Below are positions 18,930 through 28,259 of a stretch of 64,000 nt of DNA, piece by piece. The notes beneath the pieces are model-generated. The model saw only the letters and a list, made by a program, of their open reading frames with translations. It ran no database searches and was not told the origin of the DNA. The position numbers were made by a program, and so were the translations under genes. Position 1 is the stretch's first letter, and every line of letters begins with the position of its first letter. The stretch is from a bacterium (lineage in GTDB: Bacteria; Zixibacteria; MSB-5A5; GN15; FEB-12): NCBI GenBank assembly GCA_043811375.1, contig JBDRNJ010000027.1, positions 15,539 through 79,538 of the forward strand, read 5' to 3'.

Positions 18930-19182
18930 GCATTCATCCGGCAACCAGTTGGATCTGTTTGACAGCTTGAATAGCGAGGTTGCGAGGTCTGCGGACCTGG
19001 ACGCTGAGGAGATATCTCGGCAAGAGAGGCATCAGCCCGGGGATGGGCAAACAGTATCAACGACGGAAGCCACGATAAAGGAGGATGTGTGCGCGTGTCA
19101 TCAGTGCGGAAAGCACCGTGCTGGCGCAGACGATGAAGTGGAAGAGCTTGTCACAGCACTTTATGGCCCAGGAAATACGTGA
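18922..19182 (+). CDS. Small hypothetical protein (QLDLF motif, CxCxxC)
   Basis: GGAGG RBS, overlaps vWA stop. Confidence 0.6.
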   Translation: MAKHSSGNQLDLFDSLNSEVARSADLDAEEISRQERHQPGDGQTVSTTEATIKEDVCACHQCGKHRAGADDEVEELVTALYGPGNT

Positions 19183-19240
19183 GAGTGTTGAGTTGAACTC
19201 TCCAGTTAGGCGAGAACGGAAGATAGATGGAGGAACTGAC

Positions 19241-19630
19241 ATGGATAAAAAGAGCAAACCGGATGACGACGCCCTTGAACTGAAACGGGACGTTAGCAGG
19301 GAGCGGATAGGCCGTGACGTTGCTGAGACCGGACAGGTCAAGCAGGTGGTGAAGCGGGAGTTTGAGTTCGACGGCGTGCTTGGCAGCGAGACAATAATCG
19401 AATACGCTCAGCTTTACTGCGGTCACTTGTCGCCGGCTAGTGCTGGTGGCCTCTGTGTCTGCGGGCGAAGTTACTGTCGGGCGTGCCTGGAGTCTGCAGG
19501 AGCCAATTGCAGCGTTTGCGGCAGGCTGATCGGACCCTGCTGCGTTTCTCGATCGTGCCTGGATCAGGACCGCGTGTACTGCAAGCAGTGTCGGTTTTTT
19601 GGCTGGTTAGCTTGGCTATTTGGAGGATGA
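19241..19630 (+). CDS. Cys-rich zinc-finger protein with hydrophobic tail
   Basis: CVC, CRAC, CSVC, CC, CKQC; GGAGG RBS. Confidence 0.75.
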   Translation: MDKKSKPDDDALELKRDVSRERIGRDVAETGQVKQVVKREFEFDGVLGSETIIEYAQLYCGHLSPASAGGLCVCGRSYCRACLESAGANCSVCGRLIGPCCVSRSCLDQDRVYCKQCRFFGWLAWLFGG

Positions 19631-19635
19631 TTACA

Positions 19636-19857
19636 ATGGCTTGGATCTTACTTTTGCTCGGGCTCTTTTTCGTGTTCACCAGGATACTGCCCTCCCGAAA
19701 TGGGGCAGTTGTTACAGGGTTCCTCATGCCCGTAGTGTTTATCCTGTACTTGGCTACTGTCTCTCCCAACCTCGCGCGATTCGTTGCGATTATCATCGGC
19801 CCAATTCTCCTCGTGGCTTTTCTGAGGTTGAGGTCCAAAGGCCGGCGTGGGAAGTGA
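19636..19857 (+). CDS. Small 3-TM membrane protein
   Basis: 73 aa hydrophobic with basic tail; GGAGG RBS. Confidence 0.7.
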   Translation: MAWILLLLGLFFVFTRILPSRNGAVVTGFLMPVVFILYLATVSPNLARFVAIIIGPILLVAFLRLRSKGRRGK

Positions 19858-21178
19858 CAGTATAGGGTCCAAACTCATGTGGCGCGAACAGAGACAATTG
19901 CAGAGGTTGGTCAACCTGCTCGGAACATCTGAGCCTCGCGTGTCACGCCTGGAAAGGCTGGCGGCGCTGCATCCGGAGAAAGTCCCACAAGTCTTGAGGT
20001 CGCTGAGTCTCTTGGCAATCAGGCGAGGCCTTGACCCGACCAACATGCCTGCGTTTCCGGTCTGCCGGAATGCCTTGCCGGCTGATGGCGTGCACCTCGG
20101 AGAGCAGATGTTCGGCGAGCAACCCGTGGGCGAACTGCGGCTCGGTATTGAAGACATGCTTGGGTCACACGTTCTTGTCGCAGGGGTCACAGGCTGGGGT
20201 AAGACCTACCTGCTTATGTATATTCTCCAGCAGCTAGTCAAAATGGCATATCGCGTATGCGTCTTTGATAGCGAGTCCGAATACTGGAAGTTTGCGGAAA
20301 GAGCTGGGCTGGATCAATGCTGGTTTGTCCATCTCGAAGACGACAAGGACAACCCGCTCCAGCAACCGCCCAATGTCCCGGTAGGCAAGTGGTTCGCCGC
20401 CTGGAAACGCAGCGTGCGCGAGGTCATGTGGTGCCGGGAAGGCATGATCAATCTGCTCACCCTATGCATTGGCAACCTACTGAAGAATACAAAAGGACAG
20501 AAGCCAGAAAGGTCCCCCACCATCTCCAATCTTTACTCCCTGTTGAACAACATGAGGTTCCAGCCTGGAACCAGACGCGCTGGTTATCACGAATCGCTCT
20601 TAGACAGGGTGCAGTCGCTCCTGGACAACCTTGGCCCGATGGTGGATTGTGAGTCAGGATATCCACTGGAAGACCTTGCACGGAAAAGCCTCGTCTATGA
20701 CATTTCATCACTCAGCCAGGAAGCGCAGTTATTCGTCCTGCACCTTAAGCTCCTGAAGATGCAGCTCTATCGTGAGGCCCAACTGGAAGAGGCTGGGAAA
20801 GAGGCTGCTGCTACAGGCTCCGACGTTTTCGTTGTGGAGGAAGCTCACCGAGCAACGGCCAAGGTACTGGAGAAAAGGCCTGACCTCGGAGAGCCGCTGC
20901 TTTACGACTTGGTGAGGACGGGAAGAAAGCGCGGCGCCAAGTTCGTATTCGTCGAACAAGTGATAGCCGGAATCCCATACCAGATTCTTGGCAACATCAA
21001 CTGCAGGATCATAGGGAGAATCTCTGACGGCCGCTCTTTGATCGCACTCGCGCAGATAACGGGGTGGGACGACGATCAGCTGGATTTCATTCGGGAACTC
21101 CCGCCCAGACATTTTGTCATCCAGACGCCGCTAATACCTGATGGGGCCGTGTTCAAGGTACCGGATTTGAGTGAATGA
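19847..21178 (+). CDS. HerA/FtsK/VirB4-like ATPase
   Basis: HVLVAGVTGWGKT, VFDSESEY, VVEEAH, GRKRG, FVEQ, LGNIN. Confidence 0.88.
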   Translation: MGSDSIGSKLMWREQRQLQRLVNLLGTSEPRVSRLERLAALHPEKVPQVLRSLSLLAIRRGLDPTNMPAFPVCRNALPADGVHLGEQMFGEQPVGELRLGIEDMLGSHVLVAGVTGWGKTYLLMYILQQLVKMAYRVCVFDSESEYWKFAERAGLDQCWFVHLEDDKDNPLQQPPNVPVGKWFAAWKRSVREVMWCREGMINLLTLCIGNLLKNTKGQKPERSPTISNLYSLLNNMRFQPGTRRAGYHESLLDRVQSLLDNLGPMVDCESGYPLEDLARKSLVYDISSLSQEAQLFVLHLKLLKMQLYREAQLEEAGKEAAATGSDVFVVEEAHRATAKVLEKRPDLGEPLLYDLVRTGRKRGAKFVFVEQVIAGIPYQILGNINCRIIGRISDGRSLIALAQITGWDDDQLDFIRELPPRHFVIQTPLIPDGAVFKVPDLSE

Positions 21179-21924
21179 GTATGGATAAACAGGAATTGAG
21201 AAAACGCATGCGCGAAATCCTGGCGGAACTGGATTGGAGGGGTGCTGGAAAGGGCGGAAGTGAGGAACCAGAGACCCTGGAGGTTGCCGGAACCTCGGGA
21301 GGAGCAAATCGCTGGGTGACTGTCCGGGATGCGCATAAGAAGGTCTTGGCCAGCGTGGCGAAAAATCCCTTCTACTCGATCACTGAGCACACAGAGGCAA
21401 TCGGGAACATAAGCGCCTGGGTTATGGCCAGAGTGATTGAAGAACTGACAAAGATAGGCTTTCTGGGAGAACCTCTGCCACTCTCGCTTGGCAAACGCGG
21501 AAGCCCGAGGCGGTATCTCAAGATCACACCCAGAGGTGCAAAGCATATCGGTGTAAAATTCGAAGACTGCCGGATACCTGGCAAGGGGTCTTTCGAACAC
21601 TGTCTATACCAAGACATCGTTTACCGCTTTCTTAGAGCCAAAGGCCGGGCTGTCCTGATTGAGCAGACATATAACGGCAAGGCAGTGGATGTAGTGGAGC
21701 ACCTTGACGACGGCAAGGTCAGGGCATACGAGATCGAACTTAGAGCTATCGGGCATGTCGCTGACAATATACGTGGTGATCTAGACGCTGGGTGCATGGC
21801 GGTCATAGTGGTGACGCGGAACCGATCCGAAGAGAAGCGGATTTCCTTGGCAGTCTATGGCAGGCTTTCCGCCGAGATGCTGGAGCACGTCAGCTTCCGG
21901 ACGATTGGAGAGTTTGTTCAATGA
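21175..21924 (+). CDS. Winged helix plus PD-(D/E)XK nuclease-like protein
   Basis: Homologous to the C-terminus of 3749-5794; GSFEH, IEQ, VDVV, AYEIE; ATGA-coupled to the ATPase. Confidence 0.8.
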   Translation: MSMDKQELRKRMREILAELDWRGAGKGGSEEPETLEVAGTSGGANRWVTVRDAHKKVLASVAKNPFYSITEHTEAIGNISAWVMARVIEELTKIGFLGEPLPLSLGKRGSPRRYLKITPRGAKHIGVKFEDCRIPGKGSFEHCLYQDIVYRFLRAKGRAVLIEQTYNGKAVDVVEHLDDGKVRAYEIELRAIGHVADNIRGDLDAGCMAVIVVTRNRSEEKRISLAVYGRLSAEMLEHVSFRTIGEFVQ

Positions 21925-21952
21925 CCACAATCCACGGTAGGAGACCTTAGGC

Positions 21953-22522
21953 GTGGCACCAGGCTTTGGAAAGTATGGATGGAGAAGTGGCCTGCGCGGA
22001 TTGAGACAGAGTCGGTCCGGTCGCCTGGATTTGCGGCACATCCTTGAGCCACCGCTGCCGATGGGCGGGGACCCAAGCTTTGATTGCCCTGAGACAGGCG
22101 CCAGAGTGACCTATACCACATGTGACGAGTGTCCTTTGTACCAGCGGTGGGGGGACAGGGAGATCCGTATCTGCAGGCACAAATACGAGGAGTCTGAGGC
22201 ACTCGACAGGGAGAGCGAGAAGTGGCTTGAGAACACTCTGGAAGAAAACAGGCGGGTTGTGGAGAAGATGGGCGAGGACACGAGGCACAGCGAACATGAG
22301 TTCCAAGAGCACATGGAATACCTCGAATCCTTGAAAGAGGAGCAGGAAGAGCAACGCAAGAAGAGTCATGAAGAGTTCCATAGAGAACTGGATGAGTTGA
22401 CAGAGGCAGCTCTGAGGTCCCTGCTGGGCAGCACAGGCCGGTCCGACACATGGTCCGAGGATGATGACGAGCAGGACAGAGACTGCTGCGATGGCTATGA
22501 AGATGGTTTTGAAGAGCGCTGA
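21953..22522 (+). CDS. Cys-containing acidic coiled-coil protein
   Basis: CP..CDEC..C N-terminal half, very acidic C-terminus. Confidence 0.65.
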   Translation: MAPGFGKYGWRSGLRGLRQSRSGRLDLRHILEPPLPMGGDPSFDCPETGARVTYTTCDECPLYQRWGDREIRICRHKYEESEALDRESEKWLENTLEENRRVVEKMGEDTRHSEHEFQEHMEYLESLKEEQEEQRKKSHEEFHRELDELTEAALRSLLGSTGRSDTWSEDDDEQDRDCCDGYEDGFEER

Positions 22523-23030
22523 GAGGAAAACGCCTCAGCGGGCGAGTGTGCAGAGCAAACGGAAAATGGCTGCTGGATGGCAGCTGATGATGCAGGCAGG
22601 CTGGGAAGCCCGCCAGCAGTAGTCCGGGCAGAGTTGCAGGGTCAGCAAGCAACCTGCCGGGTCGACGGGTAGTTGTGAAGGCTGTTAGCCAAACGACGGG
22701 TTGGGAATTGGATGAATTGGATATGTGTAAACTAAACCAATTCAATTGGACAACTCAACTGGATTTATAACAACGAACGCTCGTTTGCCAGGATAGTCAC
22801 CCAACTCAGTACCGACGGAAGAGGCTGAATTGGAATTTACAACGAAATCAATGCACAGGCGAGAACAGGTGGAAGCCGATAGGTCGGCAAAGAGTGAGAA
22901 GGGGTCATGTTCGTTTCGTGCCACGTTTCTTCACCTACCGCTGCCAAATTGGCATGATCGGATGCTAAGATCAGGGAAACAACGATGTGGAGACTGACAC
23001 CAAGGGCAATTCACAGGACAGGACAAAGGC

Positions 23031-23264
23031 GTGCCACGTGACCTGTTGACGCCCCAGCAGCTTGCTGATGTGCTCGGTGTGAAACTTTCCACCATCTATT
23101 ACTGGAGCCACACGAGGTATATCCCAACAGTCAAAATGGGAAGGCTATTACGGTTTAGACGCAGTTCAATCGAGCGATGGCTTGAAAAGCGAGAGAAGCC
23201 TCCAGTCAACAGGAAACAGTTGGCCAGCTCGGCAATGAAATCGAACTCAGCAACATTGAAGTAA
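23031..23264 (+). CDS. Excisionase-like helix-turn-helix protein
   Basis: LLTPQQLADVLGVKLSTIYYW..IPTVKMGRLLRF. Confidence 0.9.
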   Translation: MPRDLLTPQQLADVLGVKLSTIYYWSHTRYIPTVKMGRLLRFRRSSIERWLEKREKPPVNRKQLASSAMKSNSATLK

Positions 23265-23309
23265 CGTTTGAGATGTCGACCAAGAACAAAGTGTCAGCAG
23301 CAGCCATAT

Positions 23310-24359
23310 CTAGTCAGATTCACTCAAGTAATTCAAGTTTTCTACTGCTCTCCTATGAGCGTCCTGAGTTGTGTGAACATAGGTCATTGTCATGCGTATG
23401 TCTGAGTGTCCCAGAAGCTCCTTGACCACAGGCAGTGGCACACCTGAGTCAACTAAGAAGCTGCCGAATGTGTGTCGAAGAGAGTGAACAGATGTTAGAT
23501 TGGCAATTCCTGCACGTCTCGCAATCAGGATTAGTCGCTTTCTGATTTCACCGTGAAATGTTGGTCTACCTTCAAGGGTGAAAACGTACGGGTGCTCGTC
23601 GCCACGATTGACGCAAAGGGACCGTAGGACGTGCTTCAACTCGGGACTCATGGCAATATCTCTTTCACCTGTTTTCGGTTTCCAATCATCTTTGTGGCGA
23701 ATATAGATGACTTCTTTCTCAAAATCGACATCTTGCCAGGTCAGGTGCTCCAATTCACCGCGACGCATACCCGAGTGCAAGAATCCCAAGATCACTGACC
23801 TCATATCTGGGGGGCTCGCGTCCAGAAGGACTGACACTTCGTCCTTTGTCAGGATACGATGAGGCTTAGCGTCCATCACTCGTTGGAACCTAATGCCATC
23901 AGTCGGGTTCTTCTCGGCCAAATCCCACTTGATAGCATAATTGAAAATCGTCCTCAGAGTTTTGATTTCAAAATTCATACTCTTCGTCATTGGAGGTTGC
24001 GTGCCCGCGAGCCGAGATTGGCGGTACCTCTCTATGACTCCAAGATTGACTTGCGAACAGAGCCTTATTCTCGGTTCGGTAACGAGGAATTCTTGAAACC
24101 GGTCTATCACATTCTGATAACGCTGGCTGGAAGCACATGCCATGTTCATCTTGGCGAAACTGGCAAATTGGACGAACACGTCTGAGATTAGAGAATCGTT
24201 TCGGTCAAGGCCATACTCCCCACGCACAAGGCGTCCCTCGATGTCGGCTAGGACTTCAAGGGCCAGCCTCTTACTGGGTCCCACGATCTTGCGAACCCGA
24301 ATGCCTTTTCGGCAGACGTCGATCTGATAATTCTTCCCTATCTTCCGCAAGGAACCCAT
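23310..24359 (-). CDS. Tyrosine recombinase/integrase
   Basis: SGMRRGEL, KPKT, HSLRH, LLGH, Y catalytic set intact. Confidence 0.96.
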   Translation of the reverse strand: MGSLRKIGKNYQIDVCRKGIRVRKIVGPSKRLALEVLADIEGRLVRGEYGLDRNDSLISDVFVQFASFAKMNMACASSQRYQNVIDRFQEFLVTEPRIRLCSQVNLGVIERYRQSRLAGTQPPMTKSMNFEIKTLRTIFNYAIKWDLAEKNPTDGIRFQRVMDAKPHRILTKDEVSVLLDASPPDMRSVILGFLHSGMRRGELEHLTWQDVDFEKEVIYIRHKDDWKPKTGERDIAMSPELKHVLRSLCVNRGDEHPYVFTLEGRPTFHGEIRKRLILIARRAGIANLTSVHSLRHTFGSFLVDSGVPLPVVKELLGHSDIRMTMTYVHTTQDAHRRAVENLNYLSESD

Positions 24360-24466
24360 TACATCTCACGCTGTTTTCGTGTCAAATCCTTGTCAAAAAG
24401 ATACAAAAAGGTTGGCGTCGTGTCAATAACTTATTGGTAATTAAAGGGATAAAGTCAAAACAAATG

Positions 24467-24540
24467 CGGGGTTGACGAGACTCGAACTCGCGGCCTCCTG
24501 CGTGACAGGCAGGCGTTCTAACCAACTGAACTACAACCCC
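24467..24540 (-). tRNA. tRNA-Asp(GTC)
   Basis: Full cloverleaf GGGGTTG...CTGTCAC...GTTCGAG...CAACCCCG; CCA not encoded. Confidence 0.97.
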
Positions 24541-24615
24541 GACTTCTACTTTACTATCGACGAGCCCGTCAACAGACTTCACCCGGCGGCCAACTCTCAT
24601 CCAGCGCCCTTCAAA

Positions 24616-24689
24616 TGGGCGATACTGGATTCGAACCAGTGACCCCCTGCGTGTAAAGCAGGTGCTCTAACCAGCTGAGCTAACCGCCC
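24616..24689 (-). tRNA. tRNA-Val(TAC)
   Basis: Full cloverleaf GGGCGGT...TTTACAC...GTTCGAA...ATCGCCCA. Confidence 0.97.
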
Positions 24690-24952
24690 ATCGCCGTCTG
24701 TCACCTCTCGTCAGACCGACATACTACAACAAAACTGAGAAAAAGCAAGCATTATCCAGCGTCGGCCATGCCCCCCTCCTGAAGACAAACCAGTTTTTTC
24801 TTTTGCCCCGGTTGCATGTCTATCGTATTATTAATCAAGCTGTTCCACGACAGCAGTGCCCCGGGTCGGAGGAGCGCTGGTTGATTTTACCGGTTACCGA
24901 CCAGGTCGGCTAATTTCTGCTGTCTGCAGAGAAACGCTGGGAAAGGAGAGAG

Positions 24953-25516
24953 ATGATGGCAGACAAGAAAGGCAAATTTGCCACTCCCGAGTGGCTGGTT
25001 GGGTCCAAAGTTTATCTGCGCCCGGCGACACCTGAAGATGTAGCCACTTTTCAATATTGGTCGGAGCAAAGCAACCCGGAGATGTTAAGTTGTCACGCCC
25101 AACCGTTTCTGACACCGACCCAGGCAGCGGAAAAGTATAAGAACCGGGAAGTGTCGACTTCGCACCAGAAGTTCGCCGTAATCAGAAAAGATGACCAGAT
25201 GCTGGTCGGTTCGGTGGTGTTTTTCAACTACAACGAGTTGAATCGGTCGGCGGAACTGGGACTGTTGATCGACCCCGATGAGCGCAAGAATGGCCATGGT
25301 AAAGAGGCTTTGCAGCTGCTCGCCAGCTATCTGTTTAAGCAGCGCGGCCTGAACAAAGTCTATGCCCAGACAGCCGAACCGAATGAAGCTACTGTGGCGT
25401 TGCTGGAGGGGCTGGGTTTCAAGAAAGACGCCACCCTCCGTGACCACTATTTTTTCAACAGTGAGTTCCACAACGGCGTCATATATTCGTTACTACTGTT
25501 TGAACTGCACTGGTAG
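24953..25516 (+). CDS. RimJ/RimL-family GNAT acetyltransferase
   Basis: LRP, AELG, G.G.EAL, N.A..ALLE.LGF. Confidence 0.9.
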   Translation: MMADKKGKFATPEWLVGSKVYLRPATPEDVATFQYWSEQSNPEMLSCHAQPFLTPTQAAEKYKNREVSTSHQKFAVIRKDDQMLVGSVVFFNYNELNRSAELGLLIDPDERKNGHGKEALQLLASYLFKQRGLNKVYAQTAEPNEATVALLEGLGFKKDATLRDHYFFNSEFHNGVIYSLLLFELHW

Positions 25517-25566
25517 CTGCGGCAGCAACTGACACACTGGTGTCCCCGTTATGCAAGGAGGTCAGG

Positions 25567-26793
25567 ATGGATGACGATAGATCGAGATTGAGCCGTCGCC
25601 GGTTTCTGTCCGGTTCTGCGGCAGCGATGGTTACCGCCGGATTGGCCGGTGTTCCGCTTCGGGAAGCGTTGGCCGACGATACCACCAAACAGGCCAAAGA
25701 GAAGCCCGGGGAAATCATCTATCGCACTTTGGGCAAGACCGGTATCAAGATGCCGATTGTCGGCATGGGTGTCATGAACGCCGACAATCCCGGCGTCGTG
25801 CAGGCATCCTATGAACTGGGCGTCCGGCATTTCGATACCGCTGCCTACTACCAGTCGGGACGCAACGAAGAAATGGTCGGCCGGGTGATCAAGAAGTTGG
25901 GCGTGAGGGACAAGGTGATCATTGGTACCAAAATCTTTACACCTGACATGTACGGCGACCTGGAACCGGACGCCACCAAAAAGACCATTCTCGCTCAGTT
26001 CGACGGTTGTCTCAAACGTCTGCAGATGGACTACGTGGATATACTTTATCTGCATAACGTCAAGGATCCGGCTATTCTCACGCATCCAGCCGTGCAGAAG
26101 ACCTTTGCCGCCATCAAAAAGCAGGGCAAGGCGCGGTTTATCGGCTTGACCACGCACACCCGCATGGCCGAGCCGATCAAGGCGGCCTTACAGACTAATC
26201 TCTGGGAGGTTATCCTGACAGCGGTGAACTTCACCCTGGTTGATTATACCGATCTCTATGCCGCTATGGCCCAGGCGGCCGAAAAGGGAGTCGGCCTGAT
26301 CGCCATGAAGACGCAGGCAGGAGGGCCAAACCTGCCGGACCAGGACAGCGCCGAAAAATACTCCAGCGCCACCATGACCACCGCAGCCTTGAAATGGGCG
26401 CTCCATCTGGAGCATATCACGACCGCGATCCCCGGTTACACTAACTACGAGCATATGAGGCAGGATTTCTCGGTCGCGTCAGATTTTGCTTACACCAAAG
26501 AGGAATCGCAATTCCTGACCGACAACAAGGTCAAACTGGGTTATGGGTTCTGTCGTCAGTGTTACAGTTGTCTGGCCAGTTGTCCGCGTGGGGTCGAGGT
26601 ACCTGGCCTGATGCGGACCTGGATGTACACCCGACAGTATGCCAACTTCCACCAGGCGCGCGCTACCTACGATGAAATCCCGCGTAGCAAATCACTGGCT
26701 GCCTGCTCCGATTGTTCCGAGTGCACCGCACGATGCGTCCATACAGTGGATATCCCTCGCCGCGTGGAGGAGCTCAAGCTGGTCTATGCGTGA
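25567..26793 (+). CDS. Aldo/keto reductase with Tat-like leader and C-terminal Fe-S domain
   Basis: SRRRFL, YRTLGKTG, FDTAAYY, CRQCYSC...CP, CSDCSEC...C. Confidence 0.92.
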   Translation: MDDDRSRLSRRRFLSGSAAAMVTAGLAGVPLREALADDTTKQAKEKPGEIIYRTLGKTGIKMPIVGMGVMNADNPGVVQASYELGVRHFDTAAYYQSGRNEEMVGRVIKKLGVRDKVIIGTKIFTPDMYGDLEPDATKKTILAQFDGCLKRLQMDYVDILYLHNVKDPAILTHPAVQKTFAAIKKQGKARFIGLTTHTRMAEPIKAALQTNLWEVILTAVNFTLVDYTDLYAAMAQAAEKGVGLIAMKTQAGGPNLPDQDSAEKYSSATMTTAALKWALHLEHITTAIPGYTNYEHMRQDFSVASDFAYTKEESQFLTDNKVKLGYGFCRQCYSCLASCPRGVEVPGLMRTWMYTRQYANFHQARATYDEIPRSKSLAACSDCSECTARCVHTVDIPRRVEELKLVYA

Positions 26794-26893
26794 AGTGGGA
26801 GAGGGGGTGGAAGAAGTCAATGTTACCCACACCGATGAATTGCTGTCTGAGATGATCTGTCATGACTGTGCTGCGGAATAGAGGACAGGCGTT

Positions 26894-28228
26894 ATGAACT
26901 CTGAAATAGCTTTGAAAAAGCTCTGCAAGAGTATCCTGTTTGATCGAAAGAAACCGGATACCGCGATATCCACTTTATCTGCTCACAGGAGTGGACCTAT
27001 CCCTTCGGAATATCTTACTCCAAAGATGCTTGCATTAGAACATACATTTCTTGAAATCTCAGGATCGCACTATGATGCTTATGTAAAAGCACTTGCAGTT
27101 CTCGAAACCGATATGGAGGTAGAATACCTCTCTCAAAATGAACTGGATGATAGTCTTTGGAACCTAGTCTGTGATGTTTGGACTAAATCAAAAGAACACT
27201 CACTAAAACAGCGCCCGCACCAACGGATTGATGAGTTCCTTAAGCAAGTTCGCAGACCTCTTACAGAGTTTGTAATCGCTTTCTCGATTGAGAATTTAGA
27301 AGGTGATCTGCCTCCTACCGAATGTTGGAGAGCACAAATAAAGAAATACACACTCGCAGAACTGGAGGAGATCAGTATAGATTGTGACCCGTACATAATA
27401 AGAGGACTTAAACGTGATTTCGAGAACAAGCTAGCTGTCCAGGTTACCGAGACCGGAACTAGTTGGAAGCTCGCTTTGGAACGAAGTCGGCCGAAGGCTA
27501 TCGAGTGTCTCAACATTCTCAAGACATACTTCTCTGAGTCCCGGCGGCTAACAGACGAGAATCTCCTTTTCCATTTGTCAGGGTCAGCCATGATCGTCAG
27601 TAAAGATCAATCGAAGCTTGTAGCGACAAATTTTGATTCACCGCGAGGATCGATAGGCCTCAGGCAAATTGAAGATTTCGATACTACATTTATCGATATT
27701 CAGTCGCAGTATAACAATTTAACTACTCTTGGTCCCGGTATCCAGGCTGCTGTTTCCAGGGCATTCCACTGGACCGCTCGCTCTTTCGAAGCCGAAGAGA
27801 CTGATGAAAAGGTTCTCTACCTGTGTATTGCGCTTGAGTGTATCCTTACCACCAAAGCAGACCGTAAAAAAGGTGAATCCTTGGCATATCGCGTAGTCCT
27901 ACTACATTCAGTTTGCGGTGAACCCTTCGTTGACCCTTCGACCTTACTTCGAATCTACGAATTGCGCTCCAATGTTACTCATGGTGCGGAGTTAATGGTG
28001 TTAGGGCTGAAAGACTACGGGACGATGCGGTTCGCGACACGGACGACAATCTTTCACTTCCTGAGTTTCGTGAACAAGTACAGTCTCAGGAGCGTATCGG
28101 CCGCCATTAGCAAACTAGAGGAATCAGACAAAACGAACCAACTCCTGAAATGGTTGCGGAATAGCCCCTATACGTATCACAAGTTGATATATGAAGCACT
28201 AGAAACGGCTGTTAAACAGCCATCCTAA
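26894..28228 (+). CDS. ApeA-like HEPN domain protein
   Basis: L.IALE.IL and IYELRSNVTHG (RxxxxH); AT-richer than neighbours. Confidence 0.8.
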   Translation: MNSEIALKKLCKSILFDRKKPDTAISTLSAHRSGPIPSEYLTPKMLALEHTFLEISGSHYDAYVKALAVLETDMEVEYLSQNELDDSLWNLVCDVWTKSKEHSLKQRPHQRIDEFLKQVRRPLTEFVIAFSIENLEGDLPPTECWRAQIKKYTLAELEEISIDCDPYIIRGLKRDFENKLAVQVTETGTSWKLALERSRPKAIECLNILKTYFSESRRLTDENLLFHLSGSAMIVSKDQSKLVATNFDSPRGSIGLRQIEDFDTTFIDIQSQYNNLTTLGPGIQAAVSRAFHWTARSFEAEETDEKVLYLCIALECILTTKADRKKGESLAYRVVLLHSVCGEPFVDPSTLLRIYELRSNVTHGAELMVLGLKDYGTMRFATRTTIFHFLSFVNKYSLRSVSAAISKLEESDKTNQLLKWLRNSPYTYHKLIYEALETAVKQPS

Positions 28229-28259
28229 GCTATCTACCGAGTTTGAACAGACCCCCTCT

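Larger units (their letters stand above)
1..24466. mobile_element. tRNA-Asp-anchored integrative genomic island, probably composite; left boundary not visible
   Basis: Integrase immediately 3' of tRNA-Asp, excisionase-like gene, patchwork of hypothetical and AT-richer cargo, housekeeping genes begin right of the tRNAs. No second copy of the tRNA-Asp 3' end seen. Confidence 0.8.

Noticed and set aside
21918..22745. 275-aa and 144-aa antisense ORFs
   Set aside because: Shadows of the acidic plus-strand gene.
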